Origin: Octopus vulgaris | Taxonomy: Eukaryota | Assembly (NCBI GenBank): GCA_951406725.2 | Contig: OX597826.1 | Span: 35,402,001-35,466,000 of the forward strand | DNA: 64,000 nt | Direction of reading: 5' to 3' | In this document: piece by piece, positions 26,388 through 40,158 of the stretch | Layout of the letters: each line of letters opens with the position of its first letter | Numbering within the stretch: the first letter of the stretch is position 1 | Notes under the pieces: model-generated | Database searches by the model: none | Told to the model about the DNA's origin: nothing | The model's input: only the letters and a program-made list of their open reading frames with translations | Made by a program: the position numbers and the translations under genes

Positions 26388-26698
26388 AATAGTATGCTGA
26401 CAACAAAGATCATCTTAATTTGATTTAGTGGCAAGATTTAACGTTTCAAATTAGAGAAGGGTCCGAGAACATGTTTGGAGATTAAGAGTGTGTCATGCCG
26501 TCTTAGAAATAACCGAGAGCTGATTATGAAATACTACTTATAGACCAGGAAAGCGTTTGGAAGTTTATAATTCTGTAAAGTGTCATAATGTTAACCTCAG
26601 TAAAACTGAAGATTTGACAAAACATTTGGTTCCATTCATATTTTTTTCCTTTTCGTGTTCCTTTCGGAGTTATATTTGCCTAAGCAATTTATAGTGGA

Positions 26699-26985
26699 AG
26701 GCGGTGAGCTGGCAGAAACGTTAGCACGCCGGGCGAAATGCGTAGCCGTATTTCGTCTGCCTTTACGTTCTGAGTTCAAATTCCCCTGAGGTCGACTTTG
26801 CCTTTCATCCTTTCGGGGTCGACTAAATAAGTACCAGTTACGCACTGGGGTCGATATAATCGACTTCATCCGTTTTTCTGTCCTCTCTGTGTTTAGCCCC
26901 TTGTGAGTAGTAAAGAAATAGGTATTTCGTCTGCCGTTATATTGTGAGTTCAAATTCCGCCGAGGTCGACTTTGCCTTTCATCCT
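26699..26985 (+). mobile_element. SINE family B dimer (young, 3' truncated)
   Basis: aggcggtgagctggcagaaacgttagcacgccgggcgaaatg...; the second core starts at ~26921 and breaks off at ctttcatcct. Confidence 0.9.
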
Positions 26986-27834
26986 TGTCTCTTGCTTTAT
27001 TTCGTGCCAATGTGCGACTCAACCAATCGCAGCCTTCTCATAAGGTCTCGTGACATAGTCTTCTAAATTCTCTCTGAAGCCTCTTATTTGCTATAAAACA
27101 CAGCAATTCATCGAATCCCTTGTCTTTGGTTCTCACCACTGATCACAGAGTACCCAGTGACACAGCCATGTCATCCAGTTCTAGCGACCGCGACACCAAC
27201 ACTAGCAGCATTTCAGGACCTTCTCCACCGTCGCCTCCATCATCAACATTAATACGTACACAGCAAATCGCCCAGGTTTAACTTCACGATGTTTGTGAAT
27301 AGTCACCAAGGTTAACAGCTAGCTCTACCTGCGAGATCCTTCTGTACCAAGTAACCCGGCACAGCATTGAAGCCACAACGACTACACAACGTGTGTTCAA
27401 CCGGCCTCTGCCTTGTGACCTCAACCTCATTGTTACAGAACTATTACTATTGCATTTTTTACTACCAACTGGTATTATCTTTACCTTTTGTCTGAACATT
27501 CATCTAGCGTCCTATTGTAAACACTTTCTATGTTCTGAATTTTATCTCACACGCATACATCTTGTTTGTACACACATACACGTTACTGTATACATGATGG
27601 CCTGTCTATTATTATGTATGTACCTATGACACGAACACACAGCCACACACTCTGCTACTCACATGTCAACACCTGAATAAAACCTTTCTCTTAATTCTAC
27701 GGTTGTGTCGCCCTTATTCCTTTCTGGCACTCTGATTCACTTATCTATATTTTGGCTTTTATTGTAAGGCGACCCTGCGGTGTTTAAAGGAGTCATTCAT
27801 TCGTCACCATCTCCTTTTGCACGGTCGTTCTACA
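26986..27834 (+). mobile_element. Possible solo LTR
   Basis: Higher-GC ~850-bp block, TG...CA ends, ccaatc, tataaaa (~27092) and aataaa (~27676); it truncates the upstream SINE. No TSD found. Confidence 0.35.
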
Positions 27835-27844
27835 AATGTTTGTG

Positions 27845-28040
27845 ACGGTGAGCAAGTAGAATCGGTGCCGCACCGGGAAAAGTACTTAGCGGCATTTCTT
27901 CTGACTACGTACTGAATTCAAATGGCGCCGGGGTTGACTTTCAGGATTGATTAAAATAAATACCAGCTGACTACTGGGGGACGGTATAACGGACATGCAG
28001 CTTTCCCTGCAATCGCTGACCTAGTTTGAAACCAATATAC
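27845..28040 (+). mobile_element. SINE family B (diverged)
   Basis: cggtgagcaagtagaatcg...cttagcggcatttc...ctgaattcaaatggcgccg...ataccagctga. Confidence 0.7.
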
Positions 28041-28460
28041 AGAATGTTTACTATTCTCACAAGCAGATATATTATCGACAATGAGCTCAAGCAGATAATT
28101 ATTTTGGGGTTTCTACTCTATGTCTAGGTTAAAGCAATTTTTTTTCCTGACAACACTAGTATATATTGATATTGTTTTCATTTCACACCATACAGTGGAA
28201 GGTAATTCTTCTTTTCTGTATTGTAGATATGGTTCATGGCAATGTGAGTTATGCCTGTCGTAAAGATTTAAAAAGACAGACATTTTCTAGCAGATTGCGG
28301 TTATCTCATGCAATTTTTATTTTGTTTTTCAGTTAGCGAATATATTGTTACATAGAAAAACACGTTATATATATATATATATATATACGTATGTGTGTGT
28401 ATTTATATAGATGAGTATATGTGTGTGTATGTATGTATATATGTGTATATATACACACAC

Positions 28461-28524
<64 letters not shown>

Positions 28525-29019
28525 AGAAAAGCAGAGCTCGCAAATAACGACCAACACGTACCTAAAAGTTTGATTCAGTCAGTTATGTTATAAATCTGAC
28601 AAAGTTAGCAAGAACTTATGACGTTATTAAATTTCGCTGATGTTGTTGATGGGAGCAGATTCACTTTCCAACCCGTTGACATATTTATGCCAAACGTTTT
28701 CTTAAGTTATATGACTCACACACTCCACCTATATTACTTTACAACACCAATACTAACTAGATTTTGGTTTCCCTTCTTTACTAGGCAGGGTAATTCTGGA
28801 GCAATTCGTTTTGAAGCGTTGCAGATAAGAGTATAGGCAATGAAAGGTGTGAAAGGAAAATGAAACGAAAAAAAGGATTATCTAACGAAGTATACATATA
28901 TTCCTTGTGTTTATAATGTGAGGGTGTATATATGTTTATATATGTATATACATATATATATCTATATATATATATGTATATATAGATATATAGATATATA
29001 TGTATGTATATGTGTGTGT

Positions 29020-29060
<41 letters not shown>

Positions 29061-29835
29061 CAATTGCATAATATTTTTATTTTGTGCTGTTAAATGTTTT
29101 CATTCTTTCTGTTTTCCTCGCATACTGTTTTTCTCTGTTATCTTGGTGCGGTACGGTGGATTAATTTAAGACTTTAGCTCTTATTTTTAGCAGGTTGATA
29201 ACTTGTTAAACATCCTTACGCTTCGTGCAAATTTATAAGTCATAACTATATAATGCTACTGCGCCTGCGATCCACCTAAGTCACTGCTGGTGATATCATC
29301 AATTATAAAATTTATCCACATGATATGAACAGTAGTGACATCTGATTTCAAATCTTAGTGTTTGAATGTTTTGCTTATATATATATATCGGCATATATAT
29401 TATATATGCAGATATGTATATATCTATCCATATCTATCTATCTACTCATTGAATATAGCTGTCACTTACACATGAGTATGACCTGGTAGGATATATGCTT
29501 CCACTGGGTGATTGAAGTGCCTATGGCGCCACAAGCGGTGTGTAGACACAGATAGATAATCTCTCGGCTCCCACCCGTGTGCAACCTAACCAGGCATTAT
29601 GGATGTGAAAACTGGAGGAGAAGTGAGCTGCATTACATTGCATTTCTACGTACAGGGCCTGTGAAAAAGGAATCTCATTAGGATGTTGGTTGAAAAGACA
29701 AATGATGATTCACTAAAGTAATAGCGTACCACCTACCGAGAGACGCTCCCATTAATGCCATATGCGTTCTGCTCATTTTTAAGGAAACAATCAAGGGATA
29801 GGATTTTTTAAAATCATGTTGTAACTTCATGCATC

Positions 29836-29896
<61 letters not shown>

Positions 29897-29999
29897 AGAT
29901 AGATAGATAGATTGATTGACTGATTGACAGACAGATAGATACATACACACATACATATATATATACATACATACAAATCTGCCCATACATACATACAAA

Positions 30000-30105
30000 A
30001 ATACCCTGTTGTTGATGTTGAAATTCCAATGACGGAACCTTGGATCTACGTTAGAAACCGGTTCTTTCTCTATTGGCAAGAAATCTTGAAATAAACTGAA
30101 TAATG
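30000..30105 (+). mobile_element. Penelope pLTR-like fragment with a decayed hammerhead motif
   Basis: gaaatt-CCAATGA-cggaacct..tacgtta-GAAACCGGTT-ctttc: palindromic ACCGGT stem III, stem I gaaa/tttc. Confidence 0.4.
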
Positions 30106-30153
30106 ACATACATATATATGTATATACATATATGTATGTATATACATATATAT

Positions 30154-30186
<33 letters not shown>

Positions 30187-30219
30187 GTACATATTTCTTT
30201 AAATTTGGTACGACTCTAT

Positions 30220-30279
30220 AACACTGTCTCTCTCCTACATTTCTCTGCCTTTCACACTTTGCACTCTACTTTGATCTGT

Positions 30280-30319
<40 letters not shown>

Positions 30320-30565
30320 CTCCTCTTCCTTTTCTCTTTTCTTGCCTCTGATTCTTTCGTCTCTTCTTCCCCCACTCTCACATTCCTCTGTCTTTCTCAC
30401 TTTGCACCTCACTGATTCTGTCGCCAAGCCAATCCTTGGCACGCTCTCTTTCTTCTCCCCTCTTTAATTCCTTCTTTTTCTCTCTTCTCCCCCTTTGGTG
30501 CCTTCGTCCCTCTTTTTCTCTCACTCTTTGATTCCTTTGCTCCCTTTTTTTCTCTCTCTTCTTTC
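30220..30565. repeat. Polypyrimidine (CT-rich) low-complexity tract
   Basis: Read directly. Confidence 0.85.
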
Positions 30566-31199
30566 ACGTGACCGCTGGTCAACCAGCCTTTCGGCTTCTA
30601 ACCAGCGCCACGAGAACATCGTTGTCTTCGTCTACCGAAAAAGGCATTTTTTCCAAATATGCCAGCTAAACTAAGTTGTACTGTCTATAGTCGTAAGACA
30701 TCCGCTGTTTTTGTTCTGTTATTACTATTATTGCTTTTTGTATCTATATCCGTGTGGCATCGTCCGTTTTTCTGCCCTTGTTTCGTATACATTCGATACT
30801 TTTTCCAAGAAATCTAATGCTCGTAGCTTAGTTTTTCCTTGGGGCTGGCCAGATCGGAGTGATCTCAAGATTAATCAGCCGAAATTGCGAGGATGATCCG
30901 GTTCTTGACTGAAGATTGAAGGCTTCGAATGTCCCGTCCGTCTTTTTTGTATCGTCTTCTAAATGTTTTACGTTCTTGTCCCAGTTTGCATTTTTCTACA
31001 TATAATAATAATAATAATAATAATAACATATATATATATACATCTATGAATGTTTGTGTATGGATGTATGCATGTATGTGTGTATGTATGCTGTATTTTG
31101 CTGTTGTTGATACATTCTCTTCCTTGTCCGATGCCTTCGGTAAATCTGTCATCTTGGTCCCAATTGGCTCTTGCAAAATGGAAAATATCATGATGCACA

Positions 31200-31870
31200 G
31201 ACAAGTAAACTTACAAGATCACATTTCCTCATAAGTATTGAAATTCTGGAAGGTAATTCCCTTGAGATTTATCATCAAAATGCAAGCCATCAGCACCCCT
31301 ACAGAACATCTATGCAACAAAGTAACGGGTGACATCAATGTAACTTTCAAACCAAACAGTTATGTGCACTTGTTAATTTATGCAAATTCAAATCTGTATT
31401 TTATCGAGGTGATTGTCTGTGTCATGGATAGCTGTAACCCCATAAAGCATACATTGAAAGGTGTGAGCATACATGCTAGAGCCGTAACATAAAACATGAG
31501 ATCACCTTTGCAACAGAAGCAAAAGCAGAATTATAACACTACTTAAATGATGCACTAAAATTCACCAGAGGCTTGGTCCGCATGCTATCCATCGTTTACA
31601 AAAGTCATTTCTGCTTTACATCACAACACTAAGACAGATTCACCAGAACTGGCTTTGCTCTCTTTAACATCGTACCAAGACACATAAAAGGAGAAAAAGA
31701 TCCCCTAATATTTAACGGGTTCCTGAACAATTATTTCCAGTGAATGAACCACCTATCCTCGGAGATATTTCTATAAACAATAACTCTCCACTCAAATAAG
31801 CTATGATATTCATAGAATGACTAGGTGGAGTTATTAAGTTAGACATGGCCTGTGCCAATACTGGCTGAAA
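31200..31870 (+). mobile_element. CR1/L2-group LINE 3' remnant
   Basis: Frameshifted patches at 31560-31805 (RLGPA.., FTRTGFALFNIVPRHIKGEKDPLIF, NEPPILGDISINNNSPL) resemble the CR1-group C-terminal 'G..LFN..P..I....FK..LD.FL..PD.P' motif. Confidence 0.6.
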
Positions 31871-32384
31871 CTTATCTACGTATATGGCTTTTGAACAATG
31901 CTGATATGGCCAGGTTTTTGTATCACATTCTCCACAGCGAATTTTAATACAATGGACTATCCCATCGAAAATTACTGCAGTTTCTATGGCAACGAGAAAT
32001 AGTTTGTCCTCACCAAACATAAGCAACTTAAATAAGTTGGATTTAATTCGTATATGTCTCACGAAAATAGATATTATTTAACTAATTTTAACAGAATTAT
32101 CAACATTGTGTGGAGAATAAAAAACAATGACGCAGGCAATCTATAATGTTCCACAATGAATGCAAGATAAATTGGATGTCAACTTTTGTTGACATCCATT
32201 TTAATTAATATATTCAATATTCACTCTTCCATACGAAGTACTGAGATAAGTTTTTCTTTCTTCTTAGAATTTCTATGAATGCTGAGAAAGCAAACAGTAT
32301 GAGTACTGTATATGGCAGGCCATTTTAACACTGTTCAGATTGGAAGTCAAACTACTGAACAATATAATGCTGTAAACTTATAGT

Positions 32385-33150
32385 TGAAATTTTGGAGGAG
32401 GGGGGGCTAGTCGATTACAACAACCTCAATGCTCAACTGGTATTGATTTCATCGACCTTGTGGGACAGAAGGCAAAGTCAACCTCAGCGAAATTTGAACT
32501 CGGAATGTAAAAACAGACAAAATGCTGCTATACATTTTGACTGGGGCGTTAACGATTCTACCACCTTACTGCCGTAACTCAAGGTAATAATTCATGCATT
32601 AAATTTTCTTTCTCTTATACTAAATACCGAGATGCGTTTTTGTTTCTTCTTAGAATTACCTTGTGAATAATAATTCTGTCTAATTTTGGCACAAGACTAG
32701 CAGATTTAAGAAGTGGACAAATCTTTTACCTCGACTTCAGTATATAAATGGTACTTTATTTCCTCGATGAAATGCAAAGTTTCTTCGGTGGTATTTGATC
32801 TCGGAACTCTAAGATCCAGAAAACATTCCACTGTCATTTTTTCCCGACAAGCTGACAATTCTGCCAGCTCACTGCATTTACAGTGTGAGTAGTAATTGTT
32901 TCGACTAGAGGCACAAGGCCCGAAAAATTGGATGTTTAAAGATTCAAATTTTAATAGAATACAAACGAATAAAACACGGTGAATTACATCAACCTCAGTG
33001 CTTGAGTGCTACTTAATCTATCGACTCCGAAACGGTGGAAAACAAAGTCGATCTCGGCGGAAATTGAACTCAGAACAAGAAGACGAGAGAAATGCTACTA
33101 AACAATTTGAACAGAGTGTTTAAGATTCGGCCAGCTTCCTGCCTTTATCG
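32385..33150 (-). mobile_element. Three tandem diverged SINE family B copies
   Basis: Cores aaagtc.acctc.gcg.aatttgaactc.gaa at ~32475, ~32780 and ~33045. Confidence 0.75.
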
Positions 33151-33472
33151 TGTCGATAATAATACATGTAAATTCCCTACTATCTTTTGTATGTGTTTGT
33201 TAGTGTGCATGTGTGTGTGTTGTGTGTGTGTGTGTGTGTGACTTTTTGCTTGCATTCACTCCAAATGTAACACACGAAGGGAATACTTGAAGTCGCGATC
33301 TGGTGACTCAACAGCCTCGCACGAATAAATATACTTGGCTATATATATATATATATATATTACACTTTCCCAGTTTGTGCAATTATGATATACTTTCTAT
33401 GCTTTTCCTACTGAGCTTTTCTTCAAGACTTCCCTGATAATCACTTTCCAGTTATTTTGGTTTTTCTTTTAG

Positions 33473-33525
33473 AATTCAGAAACATGTCGTCAACAGAATC
33501 AAGAATAGACATGTCTAGCCTCTGA
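33473..33525 (+). CDS. Candidate terminal coding exon (unverified)
   Basis: Strong acceptor ttttggtttttcttttag; phase-1 frame xFRNMSSTESRIDMSSL*. Confidence 0.2.
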
Positions 33526-35133
33526 CCGTCTGATTGACTGACCTCGTGGAATTTATTCTAATCCTCACGTGACATGGCAAGTAACAATCTTTTGCTGGCA
33601 ATCGTATAAAGTGAATTGTTCCAATTATCTGTGAAGTTGAACATAAAAATATATATTTATATTAGATTATGAGGTTGTCCAAATACACATATACACATAA
33701 GCACAAATACACAAACACGCAAATATATTTATATATATATATGTTTATACATATACACTCACACATATAGATGTGTACACCCACTTTTATATATTGACAC
33801 ACACACACAGACACACACATATACATATATACATACACATACATAGATCAGTGTGTGTATAATGTGTGCAGGCATATGTATTCATTTCTGACATGGTAAG
33901 CTGTGCTATTTAAAGTATTTATTGATATCAGTGCGTTCATCTTATGGGCTGGCTGTTTTATATTTAGTCACTATTACCAGAATCAGCAAATTAGTTGACT
34001 ATAAAGTGAAGTACGATATCCATAAGTTATAGATAAACTATTGCTATTCAAAGTAAACGAGTTAAAACCAAATTACTAATAATAGTTGTTAAATATCTCT
34101 TAAATCACACGCAACCAGAGTAAAAGTGGGAGCAGATTTTTAATCACAAATATTGTCCAAGATGAACTATGTCTGAAGCACGCAGATATGATGGTCATTG
34201 TTGGAACATTTTGGTCAAGGAATTTTTGAGACATGGCCGGTTTAAAAGCCTCACAAGAACACCAACAATAACCGTGGCTAAATATTTGGCGTTCTCGATT
34301 TAGCACTTCAATTTGTCTGAGCAAACGCCGGGCAGTCTTTGTGTAACTCGTGTTTAAAGACTCAAATCTTGATACATTGAAGACGAGTAGCTCACGGCGA
34401 ACTGCTTTAAAATGATGAAGTCATCCTAAAACTGACTAAAATCTATATACATCACTATATACATGGTGTTGCGGAAAAGAAGTGATCTTTCGACAAGAAG
34501 ACTTTGAAATTGGGAGCAAGAAAATCTGTTTGATATAGAGCCACCCAAATTACACACTTAAATGTAGTCCCTTGCCTCTGTTTATTATAGCTGCAAACCT
34601 CCTTTTTAAGAGGCCATAAGTATACCTATTTTGAATTTTAAATACTAAATAAACATACTAAAACAAAAACCATCATAGCTACAATTACATCTTAACTGAT
34701 TCACCGAACGTCAACTAAAAACTAAAATGAAATTAACTTCCGGTGACTTCTCTTTTCAATTGTTCTCAAAATGAGTTGACATTAAGTATATAGGAACAAA
34801 ATAACGCGCATCAGCGAGAAGTATGACTTTTGCCCAAGGTCATGACCAAACGCCCTCTGGAGAGTAATCAAAATCCTTTCACTTGGCTTCCTTTCACTGG
34901 TGCAGCTGCTTTGCTGGCCAATAATGACGAGAAATGTTCACGTGAATGCAATCATTTTGCTCGTTTATTATATTAATCAAATCCTAATATATCACCCGTT
35001 GAATATGACGATCACTTATTAATATGCATTGAAGTGATATATGACTGTTGTTCATCTTTATGTGCAAATGTGTGTGTGAATACATATACACACACACACA
35101 TATATTTAAGTATATTTATATAAACATATATAG

Positions 35134-35178
<45 letters not shown>

Positions 35179-35340
35179 AACATGTGTATGTTATTGTGTG
35201 CGTACATATATGCATGTTTATATATGAATATATATATATTCTGTGTGAATGTGTATACATATTTATATTTACATATATATTTACATATTCTTGTATTATA
35301 TAGCTACATACAAAGATATACATAAAGGCATATGTGTACT

Positions 35341-35376
<36 letters not shown>

Positions 35377-36208
35377 CGTGTGTGTGAATATACATATATA
35401 TTCTGGGTGAGAGTGTGAGAGTGAGAGAGAGAATTTAATAGAAAGATAAACTCACTTATAGATAGAGACATATAAACATATACACAGTCACATGGAAACA
35501 TGGAAACTATGAGTTTATGTGTATTTCATGTTGTTTATAAATATGCATGCATGTGGAAAATTCTCCACTCTAAGAGCAACCTATTTGCAATAGTCTATTA
35601 TTCTCATTTTTGTTAAATTGCCATCGACAGTGAAAGATCACATTAGAACTGAAAATAAAACCAAATCAATGTGAAAGATGAGAATTTATTCATAAACAGG
35701 AATATATAATCAGAAACTACTATATTTTACTTAACTGTCGACATACATAAAGTTTCATATACACTTTTAATAGTATCATGACAAAGGTGGGGGAAATTAC
35801 CAATTTGGAATACACATATATATCAGTATTCTGATTTCAACAATGGAACTTTCAGGGGGAAAAGGAAAGTATAGTATTTCAAAAATTTATCATACAATAT
35901 ATGTAAAGTTAATATAATACACATATATTTTTCCTTCGTTTTGTTGTTCATCATCATCATCATCATCATTATTATTAATTATGACTATATTATTATTATT
36001 ATCATCATCATTATTAATATTAATAATGTTAGAATATTTATTTGTCTCATTAATTTGCTTCAGTGGCTGATTTAATTTTTGATGGTCTTTAACATAATTT
36101 TATAAGTTAAAGTCACGGAATAATATAATAATGTATTCTGCTATTCTGCATCGCCAAACACAAACCACTTCACTCACTCTAGAAAGGTTCTTTTCTTTTT
36201 TACATCAG

Positions 36209-36420
36209 GGAGTGGCGTTGGATTAAGGCAGCAAATTGGTAACGCCTTTAGAACTCAGATGGAATTGGGTGTCTTGTTGTATTCGTCATAGCAGTCTACG
36301 ACCAGGTAGTTTTGGGCTCTGTTCCTTTGCATAGTAAATTGTGCTTTCTACTCCAACCATGAGCCCATTGCTGTCTTGGGAGTGAATTTGGTAGCAGAAA
36401 ACTGTAAAAGCCTGTCATAT
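36209..36420 (+). mobile_element. Diverged SINE family A-like copy
   Basis: gtgctttctactccaaccatgagcccattgctgtcttgggagtgaatttggtagcagaaaactgtaaaagcctgtcatata. Confidence 0.5.
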
Positions 36421-36440
36421 ACATGTGTGTGTATACCCAC

Positions 36441-36492
<52 letters not shown>

Positions 36493-36759
36493 ATAGTATT
36501 TGCTCTTATATATTATATGATTGTAATAATCTTACTATTCAATATTACATATTATTACAATTTTACATTAGGTTTTGTATGGTATATGTAAAAAAGAATG
36601 GCTTTGGACAGGTTCTTCATTGATTGCGTTGTGGAGTGGAGGTTCATCTCTAAATTAATTATTTACATATATTATATATTATATATTATTAAATTCAGTC
36701 TAATATTATTATACTGAATGTTAAATGTGAGGTTCGAATAATATTTATTCCCTAATATA

Positions 36760-36819
<60 letters not shown>

Positions 36820-36924
36820 TATACATATATGTACATATATATATATATACATATAAATATATATATACATATATATATATATACATACATGCATATACAT
36901 ATATATATATACAAATATATATAC

Positions 36925-36955
<31 letters not shown>

Positions 36956-37110
36956 CATATATATATAAATATGCATATATACATATGCACATATATACTT
37001 ATACATATACATATATATAAATATATATATATATACATATGCATATATATACATATGTAAATATATACTTATACATATATATACATATATATATATACAT
37101 ATATACATAT
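36760..37110. repeat. (TTA)n followed by a TA/CA-rich microsatellite
   Basis: Read directly. Confidence 0.95.
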
Positions 37111-37162
37111 GCAGAAGGTTGAAAAGCAAGACAGGAACTGATGTGTATAAGGAAAATAAGAC

Positions 37163-37517
37163 AAGGTAGGAAATGCTAAAATGATTTTATCATGAAGAGC
37201 ATTTTAGTGCTGGTTTCAGTCTTTACGACTTTAGCAACTTAGAGTGAAGCAGGAAAAACCAATTAATTAGTGGAAAAATGAAATGAAAATAAAAAATATA
37301 TATTTTCATAGTTTTGAAATGCAGGGAACATTTTCCTTTTTTCTGTCTCTTTCTTTTTTTTTTTACTCATGTGAGGGCTTGGTAGTAGCAGTCTTAAAAG
37401 AATATTTGATATGAGTTCTTGGTCTTGATTGTTTAAACAGAGGAGGAGGAGAAGGAGAAGAAAGCTGAAACCGGTACTAAATGTTCATGATGAAATTATT
37501 TTAGCATTTTCTACCTT
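37163..37517. repeat. ~57-bp inverted repeats carrying a hammerhead 3' half (pLTR-like)
   Basis: aaggtaggaaatgctaaaatgattttatcatgaagagcattttagtgctggtttcag versus ctgaaaccggtactaaatgttcatgatgaaattattttagcattttctacctt. Confidence 0.7.
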
Positions 37518-37524
37518 ATTTCAT

Positions 37525-37573
<49 letters not shown>

Positions 37574-39315
37574 GTATGTCCTTGTGTTTGTTCTCCCATT
37601 GCTTCAGAGCAAATGAGACCAACAGGATATATAGCAGACTTTAAAGCAGATAAGTGCTAGTGGAAATTAGTACCACTAAAATCTATTAAAGTGGTGCTCC
37701 TGCATGGCCACTGGTCAATTACTGGAGCGAGGAAAAGAATACCTTCAAACTAATTATGGTCCCATAGCAATTGTTGTACATGGATACACAGTATAGAATT
37801 GATGCCTTCTCATCGCCAGTGGCTATTTGGGTCGTATGGCTGAAAAATTAACGAACAGATGGCCATCTCCGAAAATTAACTATTCACATAACAAAATATA
37901 GTTTTGCGATGACAACATTACAGCTAGTATTTTGTTGAAACATGCCCCGAGCTAGATGTGAAATGGCTGGTGATGAGAACTTGAACCCATCCTACAATTC
38001 TATGCGAAAATATGATTATCAAACAAAGAATATTCTATAACTTTGATATTAGCAAGAGAGGTGATTCCAGAACCAAATATGCACATATTTGTTAAGTATG
38101 TATTTATGAGTGATGTATTTTCTGATTATTAAATTTATTTACTTTCAGAATATATAACTTGGGAAAATTTTATTTATATTTGCCGGAAACAAAAATTCAA
38201 ACAATTTCTGAAGTAAATATTCTACGATAATAAAAATATATAAAATTATTTCTTTGGCAAATATTAAAAAAAAAAAAGAAAGAAGTTTACTAAGTCATAT
38301 AATTATGTTGAATGTAAACAATCAAGAGAAGAGATGGCACCCGTCAAAAGGTCAGTAAAATGTTATGTAATAAATTAAAGTTGTTTGTTATATCTTTCTG
38401 TATGAATAACATGCATTATTACAAAAGTATAGGTTCGTTTTTCAGAAAGAAAATTTAATACGTAAATTTCGATCTATTATTGTACATAGTTGGAATTATC
38501 ATGCAGCTATTTACCTTTAATCTGATAAATGTTTAGAAATAAAACTGAAACAGTATGATCACTTATATATTTGTAGGCATATATTTCTTGTTGTTTCATT
38601 TAGATCTTTTATTTCTAAAAGTTCATTTTTTCTTTATTTTTTACCAAACATAAACAAATTATTGAGAAATAATACATTAAGTCTACGTGAGGATAAGTTA
38701 TAAATGTGCATTATTCTAAAACTAAATTGTCTTCTGTTTGCAACATTTCAATGCTAACAGTTTTGTAGATTGTGTTTGCATTAGTTACACAAAAGTTGAA
38801 TAAAAAAGTTTTTATCTACTTAGTAGTTGGAGAGTAACGGTAACAGCCAATAATGGCAGTAGAGTTTCTTGTTGATGGAATATGAAAGAAAGATAAACGA
38901 ATTAGTATAACGCAGCTGACTGATACAGTGGAACAGCAAGCTAATTTCCATTGCAGAATTACTGAGTCTCCAACTGCTTGGTGCTAGCTTCGAATTTCAT
39001 TTTCAGTTTACGGAACATTTCAAAGTATCAGTATATTGCAAAGAAAAACAATACAAAAGCTAGAAAAGTTATGACAATCTGAGGTTGCTCGGCATAACAA
39101 GTTTCTCGTATATTCATGAAACTGCAATACTATTCTGGGGCTGTTGAAGCTTCGTATACTGTTCTAATTTAAGTTTCAGATCTATTTTTGATGTCCCTCT
39201 TAATTACAAAAAATAGAAGTACAATTGTCTTTTACTTATTTTGGGTCTCTTCAGGTTCTAAGGCCTTAAGCTATAGTGTGTTTGTAATGTGCCTAAATCC
39301 TGATTGTCAAAGATG

Positions 39316-40158
39316 TTTTGCTCTGTCTGATGTCATGTGCAATTAGCAATTAATTTGTTTTCTCTTAATAATAATTGTGATTTAATGACACATGGCATAC
39401 ACTTCAGTACCTATTATATAGAATAGTGAGGCGGCTAATTGGTGAAGTCATTAAGGAGTGAAAGAGAAGGAGTTTTACTATTTTGTTAGGGTTCTCTGCG
39501 CTCTGAGTTCAAACACAACCGAAGTAAAAAAAAATAATATAAGCAACACTATGAATCAAAACATCATGAAGTATGTGAAAAAGGTGAGTTCCGGTTGAAG
39601 AAAGATCAGGCTTCAATATACAAATTTTCATAACGAAAATGTCAATTGTTTATAAAAGAAAATCGTCACAGCATTAGACCCTTCACTTTTCAATAAATCT
39701 GATATTTTGCCAGAAATAATCAAAAAATAACTATTCAATAAGTATTAAATTATTAATGGAACATCAGTCAACAAAATATTACAATACTTCTAGTTTCAAC
39801 TGTGAAATAAATGTTAATGTGTTGAGGAAAATGAGAAATCTAATGTTTAGGACAGAAACGCTTCGTCGGAGAGGAAAGAATTCCCCAGATCGACGGAATT
39901 ATTATTATTGCAATGAAAGGCAGCTTAGCTTCAGTAACCGTAAGATTTTTTGCTCTCAGTCTGATGGCATGTGCAATTATTATGATTGATTTTTTTTTTC
40001 TTAGTAATACTTGTGATTTAATGACACATGGCATACACTTCAGTATCTATTGTTTAGAATAGTGAGGTGACTAATTGAAGTCGTTAAGGAGCGAGAGAGA
40101 GAAGGAGTTTTGCTATTTTGTTAGGGCTCTCTGCACTCTGAGTTCAAACCCAGCCGAG
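39316..40158 (+). repeat. ~210-bp dispersed direct duplication (39316-39524 / 39947-40158)
   Basis: Shared ttgtgatttaatgacacatggcatacacttcagta...gaatagtgagg...ctctgagttcaaac; includes unique flank plus a SINE B head. Confidence 0.88.

Noticed and set aside
34100-34480. Tc1/mariner N-terminal fragment (SYTKTARR)
   Set aside because: A single weak patch with no TIR pair or catalytic motif.
38149-38212. Exon candidate xYITWENFIYICRKQKFKQFLx
   Set aside because: Plausible splice sites but very AT-rich, no recognisable homology and no partner exon.
38334-38356. ATG GCA CCC GTC AAA AG|gtcagt as a first exon (MAPVK, RPL22-like start)
   Set aside because: Only five codons, with no downstream exons or TOP tract found.
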